From contig OZ024751.1 of assembly GCA_964016885.1 (NCBI GenBank), forward strand, positions 9,610,001 to 9,674,000: a stretch of DNA of 64,000 nucleotides, given 5' to 3'. The DNA comes from Eledone cirrhosa. Lineage: Eukaryota. Under the pieces are notes generated by a model, which did not search any database, had not been told where the DNA came from, and saw nothing but the letters and a program-made list of their open reading frames with translations. Shown here piece by piece: positions 40,939-53,909 of this stretch (within the stretch, counting starts at the first letter, position 1; the number at the start of each line of letters is the position of its first letter). The position numbers and the translations under genes were made by a program.

Positions 40939-43384
40939 GTATGTATATATATGTATGTATACTCGTATATTTATATACATATATACTAAACAAAAGGGAA
41001 AATAACAACTCACATAAAAAAGGCATTCGAAACATCAATAAGTGTGAAAGCCTTCATATTTTTCATTTAATAAGAGAGAATGTTTATCTGCTTTTTTCCT
41101 GGTAAAAATGAATATTTATCTTTACATTCAGAGACGTCTGGCTCCCAGATTATGTTGCAGTTCTATCAAAGCAGTTAAAGCATGAACGAATTAGAAGAAT
41201 TATGGTATTGAAATTGTCAATGATAGAACTTTAGTGCTTAATCCTTGATAACGATTCGCAATTTCAAAAACAAACGCTATGTATAGATAAGAAACTGTTT
41301 CATAGGCATTTTTCAAACTTCACTTTTGTAGACATGTTACATTTACTTCCGTTAATGTAAAGCTACCATTATCGTTTCACAGAATTTATTATTATTTCTG
41401 ACAGTGGCACACAGCCAGAAATATTTACAGAATTTCGGTACACTCAATAGATTTGCTTCTCTTCGATAACTGGTATTAGTTTCATCGAATATCAATCGAC
41501 AGCATTTGTAATCTCTTTCATTCTATTTCTCTCTCTCTATCTATCTCTCTCTCCTCCTTCCTCTCTCACTCTATTTCTTTTTCCTCTCTTCATCCTTCTT
41601 AAGCTTTCTCTCTCTCTTCCTCTTTCTCAAGCTTTCTCTCTCACTCCCTCCCTCTCTCTTCCTCCCTCTTTCTTTCTCCTATCTCTTTCTTTCTCTCTCT
41701 CTCTCCTCTCCCTTCCTCTTTCTCTCACTCTCTCACTCACTTTCTCTCTCTTTCTCCCTTTCTCTGCTCTTTCTATCACGTTCTCCCCCCCCCCTCTCTC
41801 TCTTTCTCAATACACTACAGTAGGCCGTGATAAAGATCGTGGGGCATCATTCAGAACGTCCAGAAATTAGGAAAAATTGGGACAGCTTCTTTTCCTAGCA
41901 AACATTTAGGCCATTGAAACTATCCAAAGACAAACCGGGAATAAATAAAAAACAGCACGGGAATAAATAAAAATACATAAAATAAATTATCTTTTTGACG
42001 CAACACCAATTTTCTCAGGGGTCTGTAAGTGGTGGAGTGGATAGGGAGGGCAGCGCATCCGATATTATATTAAACATATAAACATAAACAGGGGGTACAA
42101 CTGAAATATATCGACTCCAAACGATAATCGAAACTTGTTCTCGTATCTTGATCACCGAGAGCTTATCACATGTTCTCCACAACACATGATATATTTACAA
42201 TAAATATAAGCTACCAAACTATCTATGTCAGTTAAAATTCTTCATACAGCTAGTTGCCATATCGCCCACAACTCTGATAACCCTCCCATAACATGGCCGC
42301 CACAGGCAACATTTTTAACTGTAATTTATTTCCCCCGAGTTTGTGAGGGGGGGGGGGGTATAAGGCAGTATATATATTTTTCTGCATCTGTTTCTTCTGC
42401 CTCTTTGGTTATTTTTTTCTATTTCTTTCTCTTCGTGTGTTCCCTCGTTTTCTTTTTTTTTCTTTTTTCTCTTTTCTTCTTCTTTTTCTTCTTATTTGCC
42501 CCTTCTTTCTTTTTCTTCATCTTCCTTGTTCTTCTTTACCTCTTCTTTCTCTTTCTTGTCTTTCTTTACCTCTTCTTTTTCTTCTTTTTCTTCTTCTTCT
42601 TCTTCTTCTTCTTCTTCTTCTTCTTCTTCTTTACCTCTTCTTTACCTTCTTCTTCTTCTTCTTCTTCTTCTTTACCTCTTCTTTCCTTTCCTTCTCCTTC
42701 TTTCTATTCCCTCGTCTCCAATTTCCTCTTCTGCTATAGCCTTAAATATTTTATTTAATATCACATCAGAGTAATGTTTTATTTTCATGTTCATTTTTCT
42801 TTCCTTTCCATCGGTAAAGGATTTTTCAGAAATAATAATGAACGTAAAACTAAAACTAAAATATAAAACTACAGCAACAGTAGTTTCCTTTCAATAATTC
42901 CTTTGCCAAAATCCATTTAAGAATCTGTTATTCTGTTACATATTCTAAATTGCCACACATTTAGCTGGGTTTACAAGTAATCCTTCCAAATATATCATCT
43001 CCAAATATCTGCTTAATCTTCTTTTCATTTTATGTTTTCATCTATTTCGTTATTCTTTTGTTGTTGTTGTTGTTGTTGTTGTTTTGTTTTTTTTTGTTTT
43101 GGGGGGATTTATTCGTTTTCAAAATAGCTTGAAATAATCATTTTCCTTTCTCAACTCTTTCTCTCTCCCTCTCTCCCTCTCTCCCTTTCTCCCTCTCTCT
43201 CTCTCTCTCTGTCGTTCACTTTATCTATCTCTTTTTTCCCTTTCTCTCTCTCTCCATCTCCCTCTCTATATTTCTCTCTTTCTCCCTCTCTCTCCCTTTC
43301 TCTCTCGCTTTCTCCCTCCCTCTCTCTCTCCTTCTCTCGCTCAATGTGCAGCAATAACAGCGTCAATAATAATGTTTTTTTTTT

Positions 43385-45905
43385 ATATAGGCACAAGGCC
43401 AGCAATTTTGGGGGAGTGGGAAGTCGCTTAAATCGACCCCAGTGCGTGACTGGTACTTTATTTTATCGACACTGTAAGGATGAAAGGCAAAGATAACCTT
43501 GGCGGGATTTGAACTCAGAACATAAAGGGCCGTAACTCTATGCTGCAAAGCATTGCGTCCGACCCTCTACCGATCTTACAGCGTCAATAATAATAACAAC
43601 AACAGCAATAATAATAATCTGGTTTAGGCACAAGGCCAACAATTTGTGGGAAGGAGAACGTCGTTAAATCGACCTCAGTGCATTACTAGTGTTTTATTTT
43701 ATCGACCCTGTAAGGATGAAAAGCAAAGCTAACCTCAGTGAAACAGCAACAACTATATGAATAAAAACAATAACAATTCTTCTTTCCAACATTGGCACAA
43801 AGTCAGCAATTTGAATGGGAGCAGAAAGTCGATTAAATCGATCCCAGTGCGTTACTGGTACTTTATTTTATCAACACCGGAAACATGAAAGACATAACTG
43901 ACTTCGACAGGATTTCAACTGAGAATGTAAAGGGCCGTAACTAAATACCGCAAAGCATTTTGTTCGACTCTGTACCGTTTCACCCAATCCATTTCCTAAC
44001 AACACCAATAATAATAGTAATAATAATAGTAATAATAATTGTTTCTACTTTAGGCACAAGGCCAGCAATTACCCAGAGCATTACTGGTACTTTATTTTAT
44101 CGACCCCGTAAGGATGAAAGGCAAAGTCAACCTCGGCGGGATTTGAACTCAGATCGTAAAGGGACGTAACTATGCTGGAAAGCATGGCGTCCGACCCTCT
44201 ACCGATACTGCCAATAATAATAATAACCCATCAGAAATGGAATTGACCGAAATTGACCCATGTTGAGACCATTTACCATCGATTTCAGGCTGCTCACCAG
44301 GACCATAAAACGAAGCATAGCAGAGTGGGGCAATACTTACACTGGGTAATGGGCAGGTTTCCTGGAGGGAAAATCAACCATCACCCAGATGCAATAACAG
44401 TTGGCGAGAACGTGACAATCCTACGGATTTTCCCTGTGTATACTGACAGAACAATCAAGGCCAACAGACCTGATATAATTGTGAAGGACCCATAAAGAGA
44501 AAACTTGTTTCTTAATTGACATGAGCATTCCATCAGATCGTAACATCTCCTTTTAAAGAGTTCCAAAAGCTCAATAAGTATAAAGGTCTATCAATTAAAA
44601 TTGAGAAAATGTGGCATCTTAAGGCCTGTATAACAGCGATAGCCGGTGTACTTGGAATGATAAAGAGATACAGAAAATAGTGTTGACTGGCACTGTCCAT
44701 GTCCTGAGAAGGGCATTATCAATTTATAAACATTGCAAACATATTTACTGTTATTTTGGCTCTTGTTGCATCATTTGTATGATAATTGATCGTAAGATGT
44801 TTGTATTATCAATTTTCCCTCGGCATGATTTGGAAAAGAAGCAGAATTCAAAGGTAGTTTCAAATAATAATTGTTTCTACTTTAGGTACAAGGCCAGCAA
44901 TTACCCAGTGCATTACTGGTACTTTATTTTATCGACCCGTAAGGATGAAAGGCAAAGTCAACCTCGGCGAGATTTGAACTCAGACCGTAAAGGGACGTAA
45001 CTATGCTGGAAAGCATGGCGTCCGATCCTCTACCGATACTGAATGATTTCTGCTTTAGGCACAATACCAGTGATTCTGGGAGAGGGGGAAAATCGATCAA
45101 ATGGAGCCCAGTACATTATTGGGGCTTTATTTTACAGACTCGGTAAGGATGAAAGATAAAGTTAACCTCGACGAGATTTGAACTCAGAACGTAAAAGGCC
45201 ATTACTATAAGCCGCAAAGCATGTTGTCAATAATAATTGTTTCTACTTTAGGCACAAGGCCAACAATTACCCACTGCATTACTGGTACTTTATTTTACCG
45301 ACCCCGTAAGGATGAAAAGCAAAGTCAACCTCGGCGGGAATTGAACTCAGATCGTAAAGGGACGTAACTATGCTGGAAAGCATGGCGTCCGACTCTCTAC
45401 CGATACTGCCAATCCACCGCCATGTATATAATAATAATAAGTTTACTGTTGCTAAGGTGATAAGTTGATTGCTTTCATTAATGTTCGGTGTTATACTGCC
45501 TACAGAACAACCCTTGCAGATTTTCGTAGCATATAAATTTTTCTACGAGAAAGTGCTGCTAAATTTCCGATCAATTTTTGGCGAGAGAAATGCTACGAAT
45601 TTCCCCGAGACGCTTATAGCAGTACAAGGTACCAAGGAGAGACAAACAGTGAGAAAGAGAAAGAGATAGAGTGAAGAAGGGTAGAAAGAGTGAGAGGATG
45701 AGTAAGAAAGGGGCATAGAAACATACATACATATAAAGAAACAAAGACAAAGAAAATGTGAAGAGTCGACCCAGGTTTATGTCTGGTACTTTAATTATCC
45801 ACTCTGTAAGGAAAAGAAGTAAAGTTGACTTCGAAGAGAATTGAATAAGTAACGCAAGGGCTTCATTCAATCCGACTTTCCATCGACTCTGCTAATTCGC
45901 CACCC
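43385..45905 (-). mobile_element. Cluster of about 8 co-oriented SINE family A copies
   Basis: Copies at about 43385-43575, 43620-43742, 43790-43986, 44035-44214, 44866-45041, 45046-45228, 45232-45421, 45760-45905. Confidence 0.88.
44250..44720 (+). mobile_element. R4/Dong-type LINE 3' fragment (restriction-like endonuclease), decayed
   Basis: HSRVGQYLHW, VTILRIFPVYTDRTIKANRPDIIVKD; preceded by (TAA)n. Confidence 0.75.
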
Positions 45906-46484
45906 TAAAATCTTAATGTACAAAATAATATTTGATATATATATATTCTTTATAAGTATGAAGTTAGTACTTAGTACTTAGTATATAGTTAGTACTTTAG
46001 CAAAGAACATACAACTACTCAATGACGCAAACAACAAAATACAAATGAAAACCAAATGTATCTTCATTGTGTGTGTGGAAATATGGGCTGAAGCTATTGT
46101 CTTTTATTTTTGTTTTCTTTACCTTTATTATTTTTTTTTTTTTTTAAATATTTTCTAGCACTTGTTGTTGCTATTGTTGTTCACGTTTTGTTGTTTTATT
46201 GTTATTGTACCCGTATTCTCCGCCATCACCACTACATCCCTACATCCCAATTTCTTTTTTTGTTCTTTCCCACCCCAATAAATTCCCTATTCATTGCGAT
46301 GTAGTGTTTTGTTTCTCCCAGTAGAATGCTGTTGCTTTTAGCTTGAAGCTTAATTGAGTTTTGGCAATGGAAAATGATATTGGTGACAAGTTATTACTTT
46401 GAAATATACTGCACATTAAGGCGCGCTCTTGTGTTTTACTTTATTTTCTAACAATGGAGTTTGTCGATAAATGTGGTGCTTGTC

Positions 46485-47476
46485 TTGTTGTTGCTGTTGT
46501 TGTTACTGTTGCTGCTGTTGTTGTTACTGTTGCTGATGTTGTTGTTGTTGTGGTTGATAGTGTTGTTGTTGCTGCTGTTGTTGTTGTTGATAGTGTTGTT
46601 GTCGTTACTGCTGTTGTTGTTGTTGTTGTTGTGGTTGATAGTGTTGTTGTTGTTGCTGTTGTGGTTGATAGTGTTGTTGTTGTTGTTGTTGTTACTGCTG
46701 TTGTTGTTGTTGTTGTTGTGGTTGATAGTGTTGTTGTTGTTACTGCTGTTGTTGTTGCTGTTACTGCTGTTGTTGCTGTTGTTGTTGTTGTTGCTGCAGT
46801 GTTGTTACTGCTGTTGTTGTTGTTGTTGCTGCTGTTGTTGCTGTTGTTGTTGTTGTTGCTGCAGTTGTTGTTACTGCTGTTGTTGTTGCTGTTGTTGCTG
46901 TTGTTGTTGTTATTGTTGCTGCAGTTGTTGTTACTGCTGTTGTTGTTGCTATTGCTGCTGTTGTTGTTGTTGTTGTTGCTGCAGTTGTTGTTACTGCTGT
47001 TGTTGCTGTTGTTATTGTTCCTGCAGGTGTTGTTACTGCTGTTGTGGTTGCTGTTGTTGCTGTTGTTGTTGTTATTGTTGTTGCAGCAGGTGCTGCTGCT
47101 GCTGATAGTGGTGATTATGTCGATGATGATTGATGATAAAGATAATGTTCATCAGGATAATTTGGCTGCTGCAATTTATAAAGATACATTATTGATAAAG
47201 ACAGTGATGATGATGGTGATGGTGGGGGGTCATTGTTGGGGTGGGGGTGATGGGGAGATAGGGGGATTGGGGGTAATGGGGGGGTGAGTGTGATGGTGGA
47301 GGTGGTGATGAGGGGGTGATGGGGGTGGTGATGATGGTGATGATGGGGGTGGTGATGGGGACGTTGATGGGGACGATGATTATGGTGGGGAGGGTGATGA
47401 TGGGGGTGGTGATGGGGGCGGTGAGGGTGGTGATGGGAACGATGTTGAGGGTGATGAGGGTGATGATGGGGACGGC

Positions 47477-47507
<31 letters not shown>

Positions 47508-47620
47508 GTGGCGGTGATGAAGGTGGTGAGGTGAGGGGTAGATATGGAGGTGGCGATGGCGATGGTGGTGATGATGATAATGATGACGGAATGCAATGAT
47601 GATGATGATGATGATGGCTA
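46485..47620. repeat. (GTT/GCT)n followed by (GAT/GGT)n trinucleotide-derived low-complexity tract
   Basis: Direct inspection. Confidence 0.92.
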
Positions 47621-48032
47621 TGGAGGTGGTTTTGATAATAACGATATTGTTGTTATTATAGTTGCTGTCGATATGCCGCTGCAACATTTTAAAAGCTTCC
47701 ATCGACGTAATGACGCTGACTTTATTTAAATCCTCCTAGTATTTTCTTGTTCTTTATAATTATTTTTTATTTGGTGTTGTTTTGTTATTTGGAGTTTTTT
47801 TTTTTGTTGTTTTCTGTCTCCACCCCCACCCAACCCCCTACCTCTCCCCTTCTCCCCCTCTCGGTTTCTGAAAGCCTGGGGGTGGGGGAGAGCTATGGAC
47901 GTGACAATACGTTAAGTGTTTCTATTCCTACATTTTCCCTTTTGTTTTTCAATGTGTCAAACTACACTTCTAATTGATGACTAGATACACGTATACAAAT
48001 ATACACGCAATCATACACACACGGATGTGCGC

Positions 48033-48124
<92 letters not shown>

Positions 48125-48169
48125 GCGCACATATATATATATATATATAGATATATACATACACACACG

Positions 48170-48230
<61 letters not shown>

Positions 48231-48451
48231 AAATCAAAAGATGGTTAAAAGAGTTCCATGTATTTTATTATGCGTATTTCAAAAACAAATATCCACATGG
48301 GATGATATGTGCGTTCTCATCAGATAAAATAAAGAGACATGATATGAAGCTTAAAAACTTGCGAGCAGTGAAGTGTTAAATCAACATATATGTTGATTTA
48401 ACACTTCACAACCCCCCACAAACTCACATATGTATGTATACACACACACAC

Positions 48452-48502
<51 letters not shown>

Positions 48503-49365
48503 GTAGGCAGTAATGTCTGAGAATTATGTGTGTGTGCGTGCCTGTGTGTAAATATTTTAAAGATATAGAGAAAGAGGAAAAGGCATATATAAAATATGTA
48601 TCGATACCGTAACATAGTATATAGGTGTACATTTATATATATATATGCGTGTGTGTGTGTGTGTGTGTATGATGGGCCCCAAATCTGGATAGTAGATAAT
48701 ATACATTATATATTTTGGTCTAAGTATTTTGTATATTTAGAGGTATTTGGCGAAAGTTAGTAATACCATATTTATTCTAACAACAGTAACATGATCAAAA
48801 TACTTCTATATTTTACAATATTTCAATATCCCTATCAATAACATTAATTACTAAAATAACGTAATTTTTTTTTTTTTTGTTTATTCGGCTAAATTTATAT
48901 ATTTACTCGTATGTCATCTGAGTTTCTCGAATATTACTAATAATATTCGATTCGTTTGCAATTATACAAACAGCCTCTCTTTTTAAAGCCATGTCAGTAG
49001 AAAGGACCCCTCGTTCTTGCTCTTGTGTTGCCATGTAAACAGAACTGCGATAATTTTTTTTTTTTAATATATATATGTGTATGCATGTAAAAGGTAGACG
49101 GAAATAACAACAAAATCAGTACAGTATATAGAGAGAATATATTAGTTCAAAGTTTGAAATAGCAGGAAGAGGGTATTAATGTTTCGGACCCTAGTCTTTC
49201 ATTAGAAAAAAAGAATGAGGAATTAGAAAGATTGAAGAGACGGACAGGGCGGAATAGGAAAAATATATATGTATATGCAAAAGACAAACAGAAATAAAAA
49301 TCATATGACAGAGTGTAATAACGAAATATATTATTAGTTTTACACTTGATATAATGGAAAAAGAG

Positions 49366-49401
49366 TTTTAACGTTTCGGATGCTAGTCCTTCATCAGAAA
49401 A
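49366..49401 (-). ncRNA. Minimal type I hammerhead; a second, degenerate tandem copy lies at about 49172-49209
   Basis: TTTT CTGATGA A GGA CTAGCA TCC GAAA CGTT AAAA; same family as 38617-38652. Confidence 0.62.
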
Positions 49402-49513
49402 TAGAATGAAAACTTAAAGAAGATAAATAAAGATAGAGAAGGCCGGGCAGTGGTAAAAACGAAAAAAAATGTTTCTAGTGAAAAAACCGATCTATTCACG
49501 GCCACACACACAC

Positions 49514-49557
<44 letters not shown>

Positions 49558-49561
<4 letters not shown>

Positions 49562-49760
49562 CGGAAGAAATGTGGTAAGGAACCAGGTGGACCATAACGC
49601 ACCAAAGTACTCAATACTTAGGGTAGTAGAGTGGGTAATAGGAACGAGTAGGACCCCGACGGCTGAGCTCAAGCCGTTTCGACGGCTAATTCTGGACTCC
49701 AGAGTCCAGAATTAGCCGTCGAAACGGCTTGAGCTCAGCCGTCGGGGTCCTACTCGTTCC

Positions 49761-49765
<5 letters not shown>
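49558..49765 (-). mobile_element. Fold-back element in (TA)n (palindrome 49636-49765 plus tail)
   Basis: Perfect 64-bp arms; same family as 34581-34771. Confidence 0.88.
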
Positions 49766-49817
<52 letters not shown>

Positions 49818-50067
49818 ACTCTTTAATCCAGCTACTGATTTACACATTTCGTACAGATGACAGGATGTTAAGCAGAGAGGGGGGGAAGCTTTGATTGAAT
49901 CTTGGTGTTATTAGATCACGAACATTAACCAGACGAGAATGTTCATAGCTTCTTTATACTGACATGGCATCAAAGGCTTTAGAAAATAGAGACAGAGAGG
50001 GTGGAACAGATAGATAGACAGACAGGCAGACAGACAAATAGATAGACAGATAGATAGACGGGTAGAG

Positions 50068-50131
<64 letters not shown>

Positions 50132-50442
50132 TCTTTTCCAGGAAGGTGGTTTCACGTGACAGTATGGTTGAGGTGACACACAATACTGCATATCTGACAG
50201 ACGTCACTTCATCTGAAGTCAGATGTCTACATGAATTCACTCGGGAGTATGGATATATTAAAGGAGAGAATCTTATCCGTCTGTGATGCCATCTATACAG
50301 ATACCCACAAAAGAATGGCCGCATTGTTTACAAATTGAAAATGGTTTAAGATAACGAAGTGGTCTTGAAGATTGTCGGAGTAATCTCAAATATATTCTTT
50401 TCCTTTGCCTCCAACTTAACAAGCACACACACACACTAAAGC

Positions 50443-50473
<31 letters not shown>

Positions 50474-50711
50474 TACAAAAGTATACCCAAACATACAAAC
50501 ACAAACACACACACATACACGTTGTTGGCTTGTATATATATACATATATATATATATATTGGTCGATCAAATAGGAATTTCGAGACTACCATGCTAGTCA
50601 ATACATTGACATTCTACGATCAATTGACCCTCTGAAACGATCGTAAAACAATGAACTATTCAACTACCTGCCTTTGACTTCTATCTTTTTTTTTGTTCTA
50701 TACACAAACAC

Positions 50712-50777
<66 letters not shown>

Positions 50778-50794
50778 ATTATTATTATTATTAC

Positions 50795-50940
50795 TTTCCA
50801 GCATAGTTACGTCCCTTTACGATCTGAGTTCAAATCTCGCCGAGGTTGACTTTGCCTTTCATCCTTACGGGGTCGATAAAATAAAGTACCAGTAATGCAC
50901 TGGGTAATTGCTGGCCTTGTGCCTAAAGTAGAAACAATTA
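50795..50940 (+). mobile_element. 5'-truncated SINE family A
   Basis: Body and tail match; (ATT)n on both sides. Confidence 0.88.
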
Positions 50941-50965
50941 TTATTATTTTATTATTATTATTATT

Positions 50966-53180
50966 CTTTGAGTCACAGTCATTGATGTTATTTAACTGGA
51001 AGGTTTGTTGAAATGAATATCAAGCCACTACCTGCAGCCTCAGACGTTCAGGACATTCCCAGCAACCATGCCTATTAAAGTGTTCCAAAAACCGGGGCTG
51101 GACTAATCTTCTTTAACCATCCCTGGAAACTCTTTGAGATAGTACCTAGTGCGCCTATGACAATCGGGACGACCTTGATTTCATGGCAGTTCCAAATCCT
51201 TTTTACCTCCCACTTTAAATCCTGGTATCGGTTAATTTTCTCCCTCTCCTTTTCTTGCACTCTCGAATCAAATGAGCAGGCTACATCTACAATCAGGCAC
51301 GATCTTTTTTCCTTATCAAAACTACCAGGTCAGGCCTATTGTGTCCTAATTTTTGTCCATCTGTATCCTAAAATCCCATAGCACCTTCACCTGATCGTTT
51401 TCTATCACCGATTCTGGCTTATGCTCATACCACTTCTCAGAATGTGGTAAATTATTTACTTTGCATAGATGCCAGTGGATCACCCTGCCTATCACATCAT
51501 GTCTCCAGCCTTTATAGTGAGTCTGGGCTAGGTGTTTACACTCGGCTACAATGTGAGCCACAATCTCCTCTCTCTCTCTCTCTCTCCACAGATCCTACAC
51601 AGTGAGCTAGTTTCCTCCTTGTCAATATGGTGTTTCACCCACTTCGATCTGAGGGATTGCTCTTGCGCAGCCATTAGCATTCCTTCTGTAGCATTTTTAA
51701 GGTCTCCTCTTTTTAACCAGTTCCATGTCTGTGGATCTCTAAATTCAGTTTTCTTAAAGGTACTGTGAAGGGATTTTTCATGAAGATTGCTCTTCCTCCT
51801 TGTTTTTATTTCCTCCTTGGACATCCCCTGGTCTATTGTCTTCTTCAGTACAATTTTGAGCAATGGCTCCTTACTGTCAGTCACGTATTTATGTAGGTTT
51901 TTTTTCTCCATATGAACACAGTCCTCTATACTGATAAGACCTCTTCCACCTTCAGATCTCTTTAAGTAGAGTCTATCGACATCACTCCTTTTGTGGAACA
52001 TGTTGTAGATAGTCAATAGCTTCCTAGTTTTCCTATCCCATTTCCTTTTGTTCAGCAACATTCCATTTCAGAATTCCCGCACTGTATCTAATAATAGACA
52101 CAGCTCGGTAATTCACTGCACTTATGACATTCCTACTATTTAGATGTGATTTTAATATGTTCCTTACTCTCTTTATGTATTCAGATCTTATCAATTCCTT
52201 CATTTCTTTTTTCTTGATGGCATCTGCCTCCAGAACACCTAAATATTTGTATCCCTCTTCAGTGTCAATTTCCTTTATCATCTCACCTGTTAGTACCTGG
52301 ATTCCGTTGCTTCTGCTCAATTTACCCCTCTTCATCACTAGGACTCCACACTTATTAACACCAAATTCCATACATATATCATTGCTGAAAATACAGACAA
52401 TGTCAACAAGTACATCCAACTCCTTCTCACTCTTCCCAAAGGAGTTTAAGATCGTCCATGAAGAGGAGGTGGTTCATGGTAAGCTCTCCTCTTCCCAATG
52501 TATCTTGCTCTTACTTTTCGCAATATGACGGACACGGGTATCAGGGCAAGGACAAACAACAAAGGGGACAAACTATCTCCCTGTAAGATACCTCTCTTGA
52601 TCCTAACGCTTCCCAAGAATTCTCCACCCGATGTTAACTGTGTCTCCCAGGACTTCATACTTTTGCTCAACAACTGTCTGATGTTATCTGCCACCTTGAT
52701 GATCTCTAGGCTTTTGGTTATCCAAGAATGAGGTACCATGTCGAATGCCTTTTTGTAGTCTATCCATCCCATGGCAAGACCAGTCTGTCTCCTCTTGCAA
52801 TTCCTCATTACCATCTTATCAATAAGTAACTGGTCTTTTGTACCACGGGACTTCTTTAGGCATCCTTTCTGTTCGTCCGGTAACAAGTTGTTTATGAGGA
52901 GGTGATAGTATATTTCCTCAGACACAATCCTTGCTAACAGTTTCCACATTACGGACAGACATGTGATAGGCCTATAGTTGGTAACATCATTACCAGAACT
53001 GTGGTACCTTTTGTCAACTACTCTGGTACCTCACCCGACATCAAGTCATTGAACATGGTTGACATTTTAGGGTGGAGGAATGTTATATTTTTAATCCAAC
53101 ACCCTTGCACACCATCTGGGCCTGATGATTTCCAGTTGGTTAGTTTTTTGGACTGCCCTTTAAGAGTTTCAACTGTGATA
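50966..53180 (-). mobile_element. R4/Dong-clade non-LTR retrotransposon, 5'-truncated (RT, CCHC, restriction-like endonuclease), frameshifted
   Basis: EQKGC..SRGTKDQLLIDK, WIDYKKAFDMVPHSW, RGILQGDSLSPLLF, YKYLGVLE, CRICG..HIVAEC, KVLWDFRIQ; (TAA)n at both ends. Confidence 0.92.
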
Positions 53181-53198
53181 ATTATTATTATTATTATT

Positions 53199-53764
53199 CT
53201 TTGAGTCTCAATCATTGATGTTATTTAACTGGAAGGTTTGTTGAAATGAATATCAAGCCGCTACCGGGAGCCTCATATATTCAGGAAGTATCGGTGGGTT
53301 CTTGCTGTTCCCAGCAAGCATGCCTTTTGAAGTGTTCCAAAAAGCGAGGCTGGACTAATCTTCTTTAACCATCCTTGGAAACTCTTTGAGATAGTACCTA
53401 GTGCGCCTATGACAATCGGGACGACTCTGACTTCATGCAGTTCCAAATCCTTTTTACCTCCCACTTTAAGTCCTCGTATCGGTTAATTTTCTCCCTCTCC
53501 TTTACTTGCACTCTCGTGTCAAATGGGCAGGCCACATCTACAATCAGGCACAATCTTTTTTCCTTGTCCAAAACCACCTGGTTAGGCCTATTGTGTTCTA
53601 ATTTCTTGTCCGTCTGTATCCTAAAATCCCATAGCACCTTCACCTGATCGTTTTCTATCACCGACTCTGGCTTTTGCTCATACCACTTCTCAGAATGTGG
53701 TAAATTGTTTACTTTGCATAGATGTCAGTGGATCACCCTGCCTATCACATCATGTCTCCAGCCT
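53199..53764 (-). mobile_element. Second, shorter R4/Dong-clade copy in tandem
   Basis: KVLWDFRIQTDKKLEHNRP..IVDVACPFD; same 3' UTR as 50966; (TAA)n flanks. Confidence 0.92.
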
Positions 53765-53796
53765 ATTATTATATTATTATTATTATTATTGAGAAA

Positions 53797-53900
53797 GGGC
53801 GGTTCATTTTGCCTTTCATCCATACGGGGTCGATAAAATAAAATACCAGTAGTAAACTGGAATAATTGCTGGCCTTGTGCCAAAAAGTAGAAACAATTAT
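53797..53900 (+). mobile_element. Truncated SINE family A
   Basis: GCCTTTCATCCATACGGGGTCGATAAAAT..GCTGGCCTTGTGCC..GTAGAAACAATT. Confidence 0.8.
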
Positions 53901-53909
53901 TATTATTGA

